NCBI GenBank assembly: GCA_036744835.1 | Contig: DAIOHD010000001.1 | Location: forward strand, 208,967 to 272,966 | DNA: 64,000 nt | DNA from: Candidatus Magasanikiibacteriota bacterium | Lineage (GTDB): Bacteria > Patescibacteriota > Patescibacteriia > Magasanikbacterales > GWA2-37-8 | Direction of reading: 5' to 3' | Shown here: piece by piece, positions 26,301 through 34,595 of the stretch | Layout of the letters: every line of letters starts with the position of its first letter | How positions within the stretch are numbered: the first letter of the stretch is position 1 | The notes under the pieces: model-generated | Database searches by the model: none | What the model saw: only the letters and a program-made list of their open reading frames with translations | Told to the model about the DNA's origin: nothing | Program-made: the position numbers and the translations under genes

Positions 26301-26518
26301 TTGATTTGGATAATGTGAATTTTGCTGATTTGTTTTGTGGTATTCATTCCGATCCGGATTATTATTATGGTTTGATAAAAACCGTAACTACCAACATGTC
26401 GGCAGGTAATTTTGAAAATGTTATTTATAATTTTGTGCCTGAAGATTTGATAATTTTTTCAGTGCCGGAGGAAGAAGTGACCTCAACACCAGAGGGTGAA
26501 GGTGGCTTGGTGGAGTAG
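23366..26518 (+). CDS. Giant secreted protein (1050 aa): zinc phospholipase-C/P1-nuclease-superfamily N-terminal domain, T/S/P linker, C-terminal beta-helix-like region
   Basis: Signal peptide; NHFYDP and HAIHLISDMSVPAH match the Zn-PLC/P1 blocks (HFWDPD and HxxxDMTxPLH); linker TTFTTPTTLITTTTSYYSSGGG. Confidence 0.55.
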   Translation: MHRRGKFLFFAGLMFALFFNLQNVFAYDHSIAHPGIADLAVKLYNSQNEIQITAQQVEYILQGSNNEDSPVRWFNHFYDPIYNIGFSDFVFGEKLGIFPTAPVWLQSPYDQIQYSVGDRSWQRAIDDYARGDEEKAFLGLGHAIHLISDMSVPAHTRNSAHPGDSYESFVKSNWSSIAPNLNYEFREINSLQQAFTDLANYSNNNFYSDRTIKNNKYSIVNIIENNLIQNNNGLFYRYYFSKINNKQYKIFVNKNPLKWNDEEIYELDDYLVLTDYSQTLIPQAVSYSSGLIKLFLQEAEAKKSQLQYEKMSWWQKINNVLFNDDLPIVRQTVEGYVMEKTLAPAIEFGGDVLDKAKEIKETVEKIAQKNQEPEVYEKIIPEAKAEEEKTIIISSTTFTTPTTLITTTTSYYSSGGGSSYVPPTVEPTTTPEINLDLETPSPELFLELFQTTTSNFITLNFSSSETSSLPVSFEGKHSTSTFWNSLFSWTTSTLYIFETNKSGEYNFRVRAIDGVYNTSTWTEMSVTVPQRECIYSYLTGEQEDDEVVLTPDSSPYLLDYYYVSPGKKLIIEPGTVIKSLSYEDGENIFAYANLDVAGELEILGTSENKVIFTSVYDNSFENECLNTLSLATSSEQVMGGILIGVFDTTVDLKNFEMRQFDRPQPHVQLASFGGFYNDYIYPTNECIIVENSAINITGAVFKGCGGEGALQIKNSQVTIKNSQIISDLNAYDNGVVVEGGDLFLDTVKISGYREYPLKILAEANFQFIDLSLENNRVNAILNPELKGDLNLKKDENFWVLNRDILNSLSSFTVDPGASFYYEGMDGISSNKNLSLIGTPEDRIKIYLPNIYESAMSFNGTTNIFKYVDFVGLEPYLNTGLKDSYGVENSWGLVLSDSYRREILNFSKRRSQGLIIRNGNLVLENVRFFNSFIPWSVALNLYNSTSSLKEVSFITIKPYGEIFYLEEAENLGINGDGGIVDLDNVNFADLFCGIHSDPDYYYGLIKTVTTNMSAGNFENVIYNFVPEDLIIFSVPEEEVTSTPEGEGGLVE

Positions 26519-26526
26519 TTTTTATC

Positions 26527-26690
26527 CCCCTCTCTTATTCAAGAGAGGGGCGAGGGGAGAGTCTAAATCCCTCCCTCTGCCCGAGAGGGAGGTTAGGAGG
26601 GAGCGGGAGAGACTCCACCCTAACCCTCCTCTTAAACAAGAGGAGGGAACTTCCCCTCTCTTATTTAAGAGAGGGGTGAGGGGAGAGTCT
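26527..26690. repeat. Array of five GC-rich polypyrimidine/polypurine hairpins (two identical 38-bp units)
   Basis: CCCCTCTCTT-ATTC-AAGAGAGGGG at 26527-26550 and CCCCTCTCTT-ATTT-AAGAGAGGGG at 26653-26676, plus CCTCCCTC/GAGGGAGG, GGAG-AGA-CTCC and CCCTCCTCTT-AAAC-AAGAGGAGGG between them. ORF 26496-26699 is an artefact of this repeat. Confidence 0.55.
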
Positions 26691-26699
26691 TTAACGTAA

Positions 26700-26733
26700 C
26701 AAAAAACTTTCGCTTACCGGCGAAAGTTTTTTG
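26700..26733. terminator. Bidirectional intrinsic terminator between the convergent 1050-aa gene and glyA
   Basis: A-run, ACTTTCGC-TTACCG-GCGAAAGT, T-run. Confidence 0.65.
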
Positions 26734-26770
26734 ATGCTCCATAGCTTTACTGCTTACAAGCTTACTTACT

Positions 26771-28018
26771 TTACTGTAGTTTCGGATAAAGTGGAAATAT
26801 TTTACTCATTTCTAAAACCTTCTTTTTAATTTCCGCCAGTTTTTCCTCATCATCTTTATTTTGTATCACTTCATCAATCCAAGAGGCTATAATTTCCATT
26901 TCTTTTTCTTTCATCCCGCGCGTAGTGAGTGCTGGAGTGCCCAAGCGAATACCGGAAGGATCCATAGCAGTTCTAGTTTCACCAGGAACCATATTTTTAT
27001 TTACTGTAATGCCGGCTTTATCCAGTGCTTTCTGCGCCTCACGCCCTGAAATATTTTTATTACTCAAATCAATCAATAATAAATGGTTATCAGTTTGACC
27101 AAAACAAATAGTATATCCCATTTTTTTAAATTCTATTTCCAACACTTTGGCGTTTTTGACAATTTGTGTTGCGTATTCTTTGAATTCCGGTTCCAGCGCT
27201 TCTTTGAACGCCACAGCTTTGGCTGCAATATTATTTTCATGAGGCCCACCTTGAAATCCCGGGAAAACGGATTTATCAATATCTTTGGCGAATTTTTCTT
27301 TACACATTATCATACCACCGCGAGGTCCGCGAAGAGTTTTGTGAGTGGTTGTGGTAACGATATCAAAATAGGGGACCGGATTTTCCATCACACCTCCGGC
27401 GATAAGTCCGGCGATATGAGCGATATCAGCCATAGTGATAGCTCCAACTTCATCAGCTATTTCTTTGATTTTTTTCCAATCAATATGACGAGAATAAGCC
27501 GAGTAGCCGGCTAAAATAATTTTGGGTTTATTTTCAATCGCCACTTTTTTTAATTCATCATAATCTATCAAACCCTCGCTGTTGGTTTTGTAACGAATGA
27601 AATTAAAAATTTTGGCCATATACGTGACCGGATGGCCATGGGTCAAATGACCCCCATGTTCCAAATCCATGCCAAGCACCGTGTCTCCTGGCTTCAATAA
27701 CGCGAAATAAACGGCTATATTAGCCGGAGCACCCGATAATGGTTGGACATTGACGTGCTCTGCCCCAAAAAGCTCCTTGGCACGGTCTATGGCGGTTTTT
27801 TCCACCTCATCCACGTGTTCACACCCGCCGTAATAACGCTTGCCAACGTAGCCCTCGCTGTACTTGTTAGTCAAAACAGAACCTAGTGCTTGTAGTACGG
27901 CCAAAGATACGAAGTTTTCCGACGGAATCATTTCCAAGCTTTCTTCTTGGCGAGCTTGTTCGTGTTTGATAGATTGGTATATTTCAGGATCAAATTGTAA
28001 TAAGTTTTGGTTATGCAT
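26771..28018 (-). CDS. glyA: Serine hydroxymethyltransferase
   Basis: Full-length SHMT pattern (PSENFVS...; HGGHLTHG; [14 protein letters not shown]). Confidence 0.9.
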   Translation of the reverse strand: MHNQNLLQFDPEIYQSIKHEQARQEESLEMIPSENFVSLAVLQALGSVLTNKYSEGYVGKRYYGGCEHVDEVEKTAIDRAKELFGAEHVNVQPLSGAPANIAVYFALLKPGDTVLGMDLEHGGHLTHGHPVTYMAKIFNFIRYKTNSEGLIDYDELKKVAIENKPKIILAGYSAYSRHIDWKKIKEIADEVGAITMADIAHIAGLIAGGVMENPVPYFDIVTTTTHKTLRGPRGGMIMCKEKFAKDIDKSVFPGFQGGPHENNIAAKAVAFKEALEPEFKEYATQIVKNAKVLEIEFKKMGYTICFGQTDNHLLLIDLSNKNISGREAQKALDKAGITVNKNMVPGETRTAMDPSGIRLGTPALTTRGMKEKEMEIIASWIDEVIQNKDDEEKLAEIKKKVLEMSKIFPLYPKLQ

Positions 28019-28035
28019 AAAATAAATTTTATTTC

Positions 28036-28115
28036 AAAACTCAAATGTCAAAACTGTTAGAAGTTTTTAGGTTTTGAGATGTGGATTTGAGATTTGCGTT
28101 TTGACTTTTGAGTTT
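28036..28115. repeat. MITE-like element, copy C (arms only, compact)
   Basis: CAAAACTCAAATGTCAAAACTG ... GGTTTTGAGATGTGGATTTGAGATTTGCGTTTTGACTTTTGAGTTTT between the nudix stop and the glyA start. Confidence 0.4.
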
Positions 28116-28507
28116 TATTGTTTTATATCATTAATTATTTGATATACATTATCTGCGCAATCTTCTGGCAAGTTGTTAATGTCGTGCCAATCCCACTCTG
28201 CAATTTCTATGCCTGGTTTTATTTCTCCAATTCTTTTTGCCAAATAATGGATTAAGATAAAAACCTCATTTTCTTTTTTAACCAAAATTGGTCGCAAAGG
28301 TTTTATTATTTCTACTTCAATACCCATTTCTTCTTTTACTTCTCGTTTGCAGGCATCTTCCAAAGTTTTTTCATAATCTTCAACTTTACCGCCTGGAAAC
28401 ATCCACGGTGAAATACCGTTTTCTTTTTGTTCCCGGTTTAGTAAAACTTTATTGTTTTCAATAATTACCGGACCGGAAGCGATAAAAGAAATGTTGTAAG
28501 AATCCAT
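28115..28507 (-). CDS. NUDIX hydrolase
   Basis: Nudix box GGKVEDYEKTLEDACKREVKEEMGIEV. Confidence 0.7.
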   Translation of the reverse strand: MDSYNISFIASGPVIIENNKVLLNREQKENGISPWMFPGGKVEDYEKTLEDACKREVKEEMGIEVEIIKPLRPILVKKENEVFILIHYLAKRIGEIKPGIEIAEWDWHDINNLPEDCADNVYQIINDIKQ

Positions 28508-28555
28508 ATGTTTAATTTTTTTTAATAATATCCAATATCCAATATTTTAAATTGT

Positions 28556-30148
28556 TTAGAGCTTTTTAACCAAGTATGTTTCTTTTTCCTTAAACCCTAA
28601 TTTTTTGTAGTAGCCTTTTACACCTACTCCCGAAATTACCGCCAGAGTATTTATATCATTATCTTGACATATTTTTTCTGCCATCGCAACCATTTGTTTC
28701 CCAAAACCTTTGTGTTGACTATCTTTTTTGTTTTTAGTTTTTAGTTCCAATGACTGTCCATAAGTATGAAGTTCGCGAATAAAAGCAGGGAATAGACCAT
28801 TTTTATCTAAGCGCAATCGACAAAAAGCAAACACAACGTTTCTGTTTTTGTCTTCGAAACTTAGAAAGTATTCTTTTCCACCACTAGCTTCATATTTATC
28901 AATAAACAATTTAGGCTTTAAACTTTCAACTTTCAACTTTCTACTATCAACGTGTCCTATTTCCCGACAGCGTAAACAATTACATTTTAAACCGCGTTTT
29001 TTCATCTCCATCTGGATAACTTGTCTTAGATTGGTCATTTTGTTGCCAGCTTCAATATGATGAGAAGGAATATCGCGAATAAGTCGGGAGATGCGGACAT
29101 AGCGCGGGATTTTTGTTTTGACAGCAATCAGAGTTTCCAAAAGTTTTTTATCTGAATAAGGTTTATATTTTCCTTTTTTTAGCCAAGTATAAAGTTCGGA
29201 ATTTTTTACCACTGTGCAAGGATAAATTTTTATCATATCCGGACGATAATCGGGGTCGTCAAAAATTTCTAGCATCATTTTCAAATCTTTTCCCGGAGTT
29301 GATCCGGGTAGTTGTGGCATCAAATGTAAGTCAACTTTAAATCCATAAAGCTTTAATAAACGCATGGCATTTTTAATCTCCAAGGATCCATGTCCGCGTT
29401 GGATAGTTTTCAAAATTTTATCATCAATTGTTTGCGCGCCAAGTTCCACGCGGGTGCAGCCCTGTTCGCGCATTTGCCAAACAGTTTTTTCATTGATAAA
29501 ATCCGGTCTAGTTTCAAGCGTTATACCAATAATTCTATGCTTAGCTTTTTCATTCTTCTTTTGTTCAATAATCAATTGTTTTTTTAAAATATCTAACTTT
29601 TTACTTTCAGTTTTCAACTTTCTACTCGCGTTTGCTGCTTGAAAACAGCGAACGATAAACCAGTACTGGTATTGGAGGGGATAGGCATTCCAAGTTCCGC
29701 CTTTGACAATCAATTCTATTTTATCGGTCGGATGACCGTTTTTTTGCAAAGCATCGATACGGCGGACTACTTGTTCAAAAGGATCAAAATGTAATTGAAA
29801 TGCCCGCGCGGCTGCTGGCTCGTCGGAAATATAACTTTTAGGCATGTTTTTTTCATCCGGACAATAAACGCATTTTCCCGGGCAGGGGTATGATTTTGTT
29901 AAAACTGTAATTATGGAAACTCCGGATAAAGTTCGTATTGCTCGTTTGGTTAGCAGTTTTTCTAATGTCGGATTTTGCTTAATCTTGCCGTTTTTGAGTA
30001 ATTTATGATATACTGCCAGCAGGTCTGATTTTTTGGGAATGTCTTTTATGACTTTATTTACACGCAAAAAATCGCGACGAATCTGATCAAATTTGTCGTT
30101 AGTAATATTCTTTAATTTAGCTAATTTTAGAACAATCTGCTCGTTCAT
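28556..30148 (-). CDS. elp3: Elp3 homologue: radical-SAM plus C-terminal GNAT acetyltransferase (tRNA U34 carboxymethylation enzyme family)
   Basis: SYPCPGKCVYCPDE (CxxxCxxC with the Elp3-characteristic CVYCP), DPFEQVVRRIDALQKNGHPTDKIELIVKGGTW and HLMPQLPG...IKIYP...RISRLIRDIP are collinear with yeast and archaeal Elp3; GNAT block HKGFGKQ. Confidence 0.8.
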   Translation of the reverse strand: MNEQIVLKLAKLKNITNDKFDQIRRDFLRVNKVIKDIPKKSDLLAVYHKLLKNGKIKQNPTLEKLLTKRAIRTLSGVSIITVLTKSYPCPGKCVYCPDEKNMPKSYISDEPAAARAFQLHFDPFEQVVRRIDALQKNGHPTDKIELIVKGGTWNAYPLQYQYWFIVRCFQAANASRKLKTESKKLDILKKQLIIEQKKNEKAKHRIIGITLETRPDFINEKTVWQMREQGCTRVELGAQTIDDKILKTIQRGHGSLEIKNAMRLLKLYGFKVDLHLMPQLPGSTPGKDLKMMLEIFDDPDYRPDMIKIYPCTVVKNSELYTWLKKGKYKPYSDKKLLETLIAVKTKIPRYVRISRLIRDIPSHHIEAGNKMTNLRQVIQMEMKKRGLKCNCLRCREIGHVDSRKLKVESLKPKLFIDKYEASGGKEYFLSFEDKNRNVVFAFCRLRLDKNGLFPAFIRELHTYGQSLELKTKNKKDSQHKGFGKQMVAMAEKICQDNDINTLAVISGVGVKGYYKKLGFKEKETYLVKKL

Positions 30149-30215
30149 TTCTGAAAATTTAAAATTGGAAATTAATTAAAAATTGTAAAATTAAAAATTG
30201 AAAATTATTAAGATT

Positions 30216-30944
30216 ATGGTTTATAATCCCGCTCAAATTATACGCACTATTACAGCAAATTACAATACCATCGCCAAAGATTGGGATGTTTCGCGCTTTC
30301 GCCCGAGTGAAGTCAAAGTGTTGCTTTTAAAAAATACTAAACCCGGTATGGTAGTGGGGGACATTGGCTGTGGTAACGGAATAATCATTCCGGAATTGAT
30401 GAAACGAAAAATAAAAAAATACTATGGTTTGGATATTTCCTCCCAATTGATAAAAATTGCCAAAAAAAGATATGCGGAAGAAATCAAAAAAGGCCAGGTA
30501 GAATTGAAAGCTGGCAATGCTCTGAAGTTGCCGTATCAGAAAAATAAATTCGATTTGATTTTTAGTTTCGCGACTATGCATCACATACCGGGCGGTAAAA
30601 ATCATTTGAAGTTTTTACAAGAGATAAAAAGGATTCTCAAACCCGGTGGTAAGGCTATAATTGTCAATTGGAATTTACTAAGTGATGCCACTTATGATCG
30701 CTTTGATATCAAAAATGCTTTGATAAAATCGGCACAAAACGGAAACGGAGAAAGAGATGTTTATGTCGGTTGGAAAGGTACTCCGGGAGCAAATATTAGA
30801 CGTTTTATTCATATTTTTTTACCGGAAGAAATGGCCGTCTTGGCCGCAGAAGCTGGTTTTACCAAAATTAAAATTGATTATTATACTCAACTTGGAACCA
30901 AAGAGCAAAACGGCGAAGAGTTGGTGACGATTTTACAAAAGTAA
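30216..30944 (+). CDS. Trm9/ALKBH8-MTase-like class I SAM-dependent methyltransferase
   Basis: Motif I VVGDIGCGNG; LKLPYQKNKFDLIFSFATMHHIP...LQEIKRILKPGGKAIIVNWNL parallels Trm9 (LNLPHKNETFDFAISIAVVHH...LSKLRQGGQALIYCWAL). The upstream TTG at 30198 is possible. Confidence 0.55.
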   Translation: MVYNPAQIIRTITANYNTIAKDWDVSRFRPSEVKVLLLKNTKPGMVVGDIGCGNGIIIPELMKRKIKKYYGLDISSQLIKIAKKRYAEEIKKGQVELKAGNALKLPYQKNKFDLIFSFATMHHIPGGKNHLKFLQEIKRILKPGGKAIIVNWNLLSDATYDRFDIKNALIKSAQNGNGERDVYVGWKGTPGANIRRFIHIFLPEEMAVLAAEAGFTKIKIDYYTQLGTKEQNGEELVTILQK

Positions 30945-30945
30945 T

Positions 30946-32151
30946 ATGAAAATACTACAAGCCAATAAATTTTATTATCATCGCGGTGGTGCGGAAAAAG
31001 TTTTTTTTGACACTATTTCTTTGTTACGCGAAAAAGGGGATGAGGTGCAAGAATTTTCCATGAATCATTTGCAAAATTTACCCTCTGAATATGCAAAATA
31101 TTTTATTTCTGAAGTTGATCTGAAGGACAATAAAAATAAATGGCAAAAATTTTGGCATTTATTTAATTCCGGCGAAGTAGAAAAAAAATTAAATTCATTG
31201 TTTAAAGAAAAAGGCAAACCAGACATCGCTCATTTGCATAATGTTTATCACCAGCTTTCTGCCACGATTTTTAAAAAACTTAAACGTGCCAAAATTCCTA
31301 CCGTTCTGACAGTGCATGATGTGCAGCCGATGTGCCCCAACCATCGTATGATCAGAAACAACAGCTTGTGCGAACGTTGTCATAAGCATAAGTATTATCA
31401 ATGTGTTTTTGGCCGGTGTGTGGAAGATTCTTTTATCAAAAGCAAGGTGGCGGCTTTTGAAGCCTATTATTATTGGTGGAAAGGAATTTATGATGGAATA
31501 GATATTTTTATTACACCAAGTCAATTTTTCAAAAATAAAATGATAGAATGGGGTTTCCCTGAATATAAAATGAGAGTTGTCCGCAATCCTTACTTGTCAC
31601 CTGTGCAAGTTCCGCCACTTGGCGACAAGGTTTTATATTTAGGTCGGTTACATCAGGAAAAAGGCATCGAGATTTTTATGAAAAGTTTACTACAATTACG
31701 AGATGTTCCGGTGATTATTGCCGGGAACGGACCGGAAGAAAAATATGTGGAAGAATTTGTAAAAAAACATGAATTAAAAAATGTGGAATTGGTTGGTTGG
31801 GTGGCGGATAATAAGTGGCAAGAAATGATAAAACAAGCCAAAGTGGTAGTGGTACCGTCGTTATTTTATGAGAATTGTTCCATTTCTATTTTGGAAGCGC
31901 TTGGTTACGGTAGATTGGTTGTGGCTAGTGATAGAGGAGGAAACAGAGAATTGGTTATTGATGGTCAAACCGGATTTTTAGTTTCTCCAGAGGATTCTGT
32001 TGCACTGACCGAAGGGATTAAAAAAGCTTTTAAATTATCTGAGGTGGAAAGTTGTAAAATTATTGATAATGCTAGAGAGTTGATCGCAAAAAATCATTCC
32101 CCGCAAAAGTATATTGAAGAGCTACAAAAAATTTATCAAGAATTAGTTTAA
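30946..32151 (+). CDS. Glycosyltransferase family 4 (GT-B)
   Basis: C-terminal EALGYGRLVVASDRGGNRELV (EX7E-type) motif. Confidence 0.65.
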   Translation: MKILQANKFYYHRGGAEKVFFDTISLLREKGDEVQEFSMNHLQNLPSEYAKYFISEVDLKDNKNKWQKFWHLFNSGEVEKKLNSLFKEKGKPDIAHLHNVYHQLSATIFKKLKRAKIPTVLTVHDVQPMCPNHRMIRNNSLCERCHKHKYYQCVFGRCVEDSFIKSKVAAFEAYYYWWKGIYDGIDIFITPSQFFKNKMIEWGFPEYKMRVVRNPYLSPVQVPPLGDKVLYLGRLHQEKGIEIFMKSLLQLRDVPVIIAGNGPEEKYVEEFVKKHELKNVELVGWVADNKWQEMIKQAKVVVVPSLFYENCSISILEALGYGRLVVASDRGGNRELVIDGQTGFLVSPEDSVALTEGIKKAFKLSEVESCKIIDNARELIAKNHSPQKYIEELQKIYQELV

Positions 32152-32157
32152 AAAAAA

Positions 32158-32186
32158 TCGTCTCGCTTAGCGAGACGATTTTTTTA
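32158..32186. terminator. Bidirectional intrinsic terminator between convergent GT4 genes
   Basis: A-run, TCGTCTCGC-TTA-GCGAGACGA, T-run; same CGC-TTA-GCG core as the REP-like hairpins. Confidence 0.65.
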
Positions 32187-33341
32187 AACTGTTTTAAGTT
32201 GAAGTTCGTGAATTTTTTCCTCAGTTTGATAGATACTTTCGGTTTTCTTAGCAATATCTTCCCAAGCATAATTTTTTTCTACCGTTTGCTTATTCTTTTC
32301 CCCGGCGCTTTCAAGCAACTCGGGTTTTTCCAAAAGATTTATAATCTTATTGGTCAAAGAAAGAATGGATGCATTGGTAAACCAGAAATGACTATCGTTG
32401 ATAACTTCTTGGTGTTCGGGAATATCGGAAACAAGAGTTGGTAAGCCGTGAGACATCGCTTGTAAAACGGTAATTGGCAAACCTTCGTTTTCGGAAGGAT
32501 GAACGAGCATTTTTGCATTGGCATAAAGCTCTTCAAGTTTGTTACCGCTTTGATTTCCGGTAAAAACAATATCTTTATCATTTTCGGCCAAACGATGTAA
32601 ATATTCTACATATTTATCAGTGAAAGCCCCATCGCCGACAATTGCTAATTTATAATTTTTTAACAGTTGCGGATTTTTGGCTTTGGCGTTTTTATAAGCT
32701 TTTATCAAGTAGTGGGCTCCTTTGTGAGCTACCAAACGAGAAATCATTGCCAAATATTTTCCTTTTTCCAGTCCAAATTCTTTCAAATATTCGTCACCGA
32801 TAATTGTTTGAACCGGTGTTACTCCATTTGGATTATATGCGGTATAACATTTATATTCGTTAAGTGCATAGTTTTGGATGGTTTTACTCACAGCAATAGT
32901 TTGATGAGCAAATTTGCAAGAAGCTTTTTCACCCATTGCAAGCATGAGACGAGCAAACCAATTCCATTTTTGGTGGTATCTGTCAATACAATGAAAAGTG
33001 GAAATAACTTTAGTTTTTGGAGATAAAATTCTCGGAATAAAAGATAAAAGAGAAGGGCCAACACCGTGATAGTGGATAACATCGGCCTTTTGCATAAAGA
33101 TAGCATCTAAGGTGGAAATGAAAGTATGTACAATCGCATCTAAATGTTTAGTGTGTAAAGTGGTACGATGAACGATTTTCATACCTTTAAATTCCGTCAC
33201 GTTTTTTGGAGTATACCAATTTCTGGCATAAACCAAAACTTCATGTTTTTTGGCCAATTGTGCGCCAAGCTCTTCAACGTGTTTTTCAATACCGCCAAAG
33301 ATTGCCGGGACGCCTTTTTGACCGATCATAGCTATTTTCAT
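32184..33341 (-). CDS. Glycosyltransferase family 4 (GT-B)
   Basis: N-terminal MKIAMIGQKGVPAIFGGIEKHVEEL and C-terminal ENEGLPITVLQAMSHGLP motif. Confidence 0.65.
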   Translation of the reverse strand: MKIAMIGQKGVPAIFGGIEKHVEELGAQLAKKHEVLVYARNWYTPKNVTEFKGMKIVHRTTLHTKHLDAIVHTFISTLDAIFMQKADVIHYHGVGPSLLSFIPRILSPKTKVISTFHCIDRYHQKWNWFARLMLAMGEKASCKFAHQTIAVSKTIQNYALNEYKCYTAYNPNGVTPVQTIIGDEYLKEFGLEKGKYLAMISRLVAHKGAHYLIKAYKNAKAKNPQLLKNYKLAIVGDGAFTDKYVEYLHRLAENDKDIVFTGNQSGNKLEELYANAKMLVHPSENEGLPITVLQAMSHGLPTLVSDIPEHQEVINDSHFWFTNASILSLTNKIINLLEKPELLESAGEKNKQTVEKNYAWEDIAKKTESIYQTEEKIHELQLKTV

Positions 33342-33533
33342 ATTTTATAAAGTTTTAGGTCTCAAGCTTTAAATTAGCTTGAAAACCAGAAATTAACATT
33401 ACTCCGACCTGTTTTTTGAGTAACGAAGTATTATAGCATATTTTGACGCTTTTGTCAACCCCGCTGAGCTGGGTAAAAAGTATCTATTTTAAAGGGGTTT
33501 TTTTATTTTTTAAATTAATTTTTGCTAGCATTA

Positions 33534-33550
33534 GCCACGCTAAGCGTGGC
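33534..33550. repeat. TNA-loop hairpin (GCCACGC-TAA-GCGTGGC), member of the REP-like family
   Basis: Perfect 7-bp stem and 3-nt loop; same unit as at 5572-5631 and 63230-63247. Confidence 0.45.
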
Positions 33551-33657
33551 AAGCCCCCAAAGTGGCTAAGATTGGCCAAAAAATAATTTTAAAATTCTCA
33601 TTTTTACCTTTGCTTTAAATCAAACTATGTAGTATAATGGTCATATAATCAAAATTT

Positions 33658-34536
33658 ATGATCATAGATGGTAAAAAAATAGCTGACAAATTAAACCAAA
33701 AAACGGTTGACTTGGTTAAGAAATTGAAAAAGCGAGGAATATCTCCCAAAATCGCCGTGGTTTTAGTGGGAGATTCAAAACCTTCGCAAGTTTATGTTAC
33801 GCAAAAAGAAAAACTGGCTAAAAAGCTTGGTTTTGATTTTGAATTGATAAAATTGAAAAATAAAATTACCACAATGGAATTAAAAGATAAAATCATTTCT
33901 TTGCAAAAACAAAAAAATCTTTGCGGTTTGATAGTTCAACTACCGCTCCCAAAAAAAATAAATACTTTTGAAATTTTGAATTGTTTAGATTATGAGATTG
34001 ATATTGATTGTTTGAGTGCGCATGGTTTGGGTAGGTTATATCAAGATAAAAGAGAGTTGGAACCGCCAACTGCTGGTGCAGTCATGGAAATTTTGAAAAA
34101 CCTTAAAGTAAAATTTGTTGGCAAAGACGTAGTGATTATCGGGGCGGGGATACTGGTTGGAAAACCATTGGCAACTATTTTGATGCAAGAAAGAGCAACT
34201 GTAACTGTGTGTAATAGCGCAACCAAAGATTTGAAAAAGAAATGTTTGGGAGCGGACATTATTGTGGCTGGTACTGGAGTGAGAAATTTGGTAAAAGCTA
34301 GTATGGTCAAAAAGGGCGCGATAGTGATTGATGCGGGTTTTTCTTTTGTAAATGGTAAATCCTACGGCGATGCCGATGTTACGGCTCTGGATAAAAAAGG
34401 TGTTTGGGTTACTCCAACTCCGGGAGGAGTAGGGCCGGTGACGGTGGGTAAATTGATGTTCAATGCTGCAAAGTGTGGGGAGATAAAAATAAAAAATTAC
34501 AAAAATTACAAAGATTGCAGAAATTGCAAAGGTTGA
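33658..34536 (+). CDS. folD: Methylenetetrahydrofolate dehydrogenase/cyclohydrolase
   Basis: Typical FolD N-terminus (IIDGKKIA...PKIAVVLVGDSKPSQVYV) and NAD-binding GAGILVGKP; short K/N/Y/C-rich C-terminal tail. Confidence 0.85.
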   Translation: MIIDGKKIADKLNQKTVDLVKKLKKRGISPKIAVVLVGDSKPSQVYVTQKEKLAKKLGFDFELIKLKNKITTMELKDKIISLQKQKNLCGLIVQLPLPKKINTFEILNCLDYEIDIDCLSAHGLGRLYQDKRELEPPTAGAVMEILKNLKVKFVGKDVVIIGAGILVGKPLATILMQERATVTVCNSATKDLKKKCLGADIIVAGTGVRNLVKASMVKKGAIVIDAGFSFVNGKSYGDADVTALDKKGVWVTPTPGGVGPVTVGKLMFNAAKCGEIKIKNYKNYKDCRNCKG

Positions 34537-34595
34537 AAATTGTGAATTGATAATTCATTAAAAATTGAAAATTAAAAATTAAAAATTTTCAAATT

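Noticed and set aside
26496-26699. 67-aa ORF (MKVAWWSSFYPPLLFKRGARGES...PLLFKRGVRGESLT)
   Set aside because: It lies entirely within the GC-rich hairpin array. Its internal amino-acid repeat simply mirrors the duplicated 38-bp DNA unit. It has no start context and is treated as a translation artefact.
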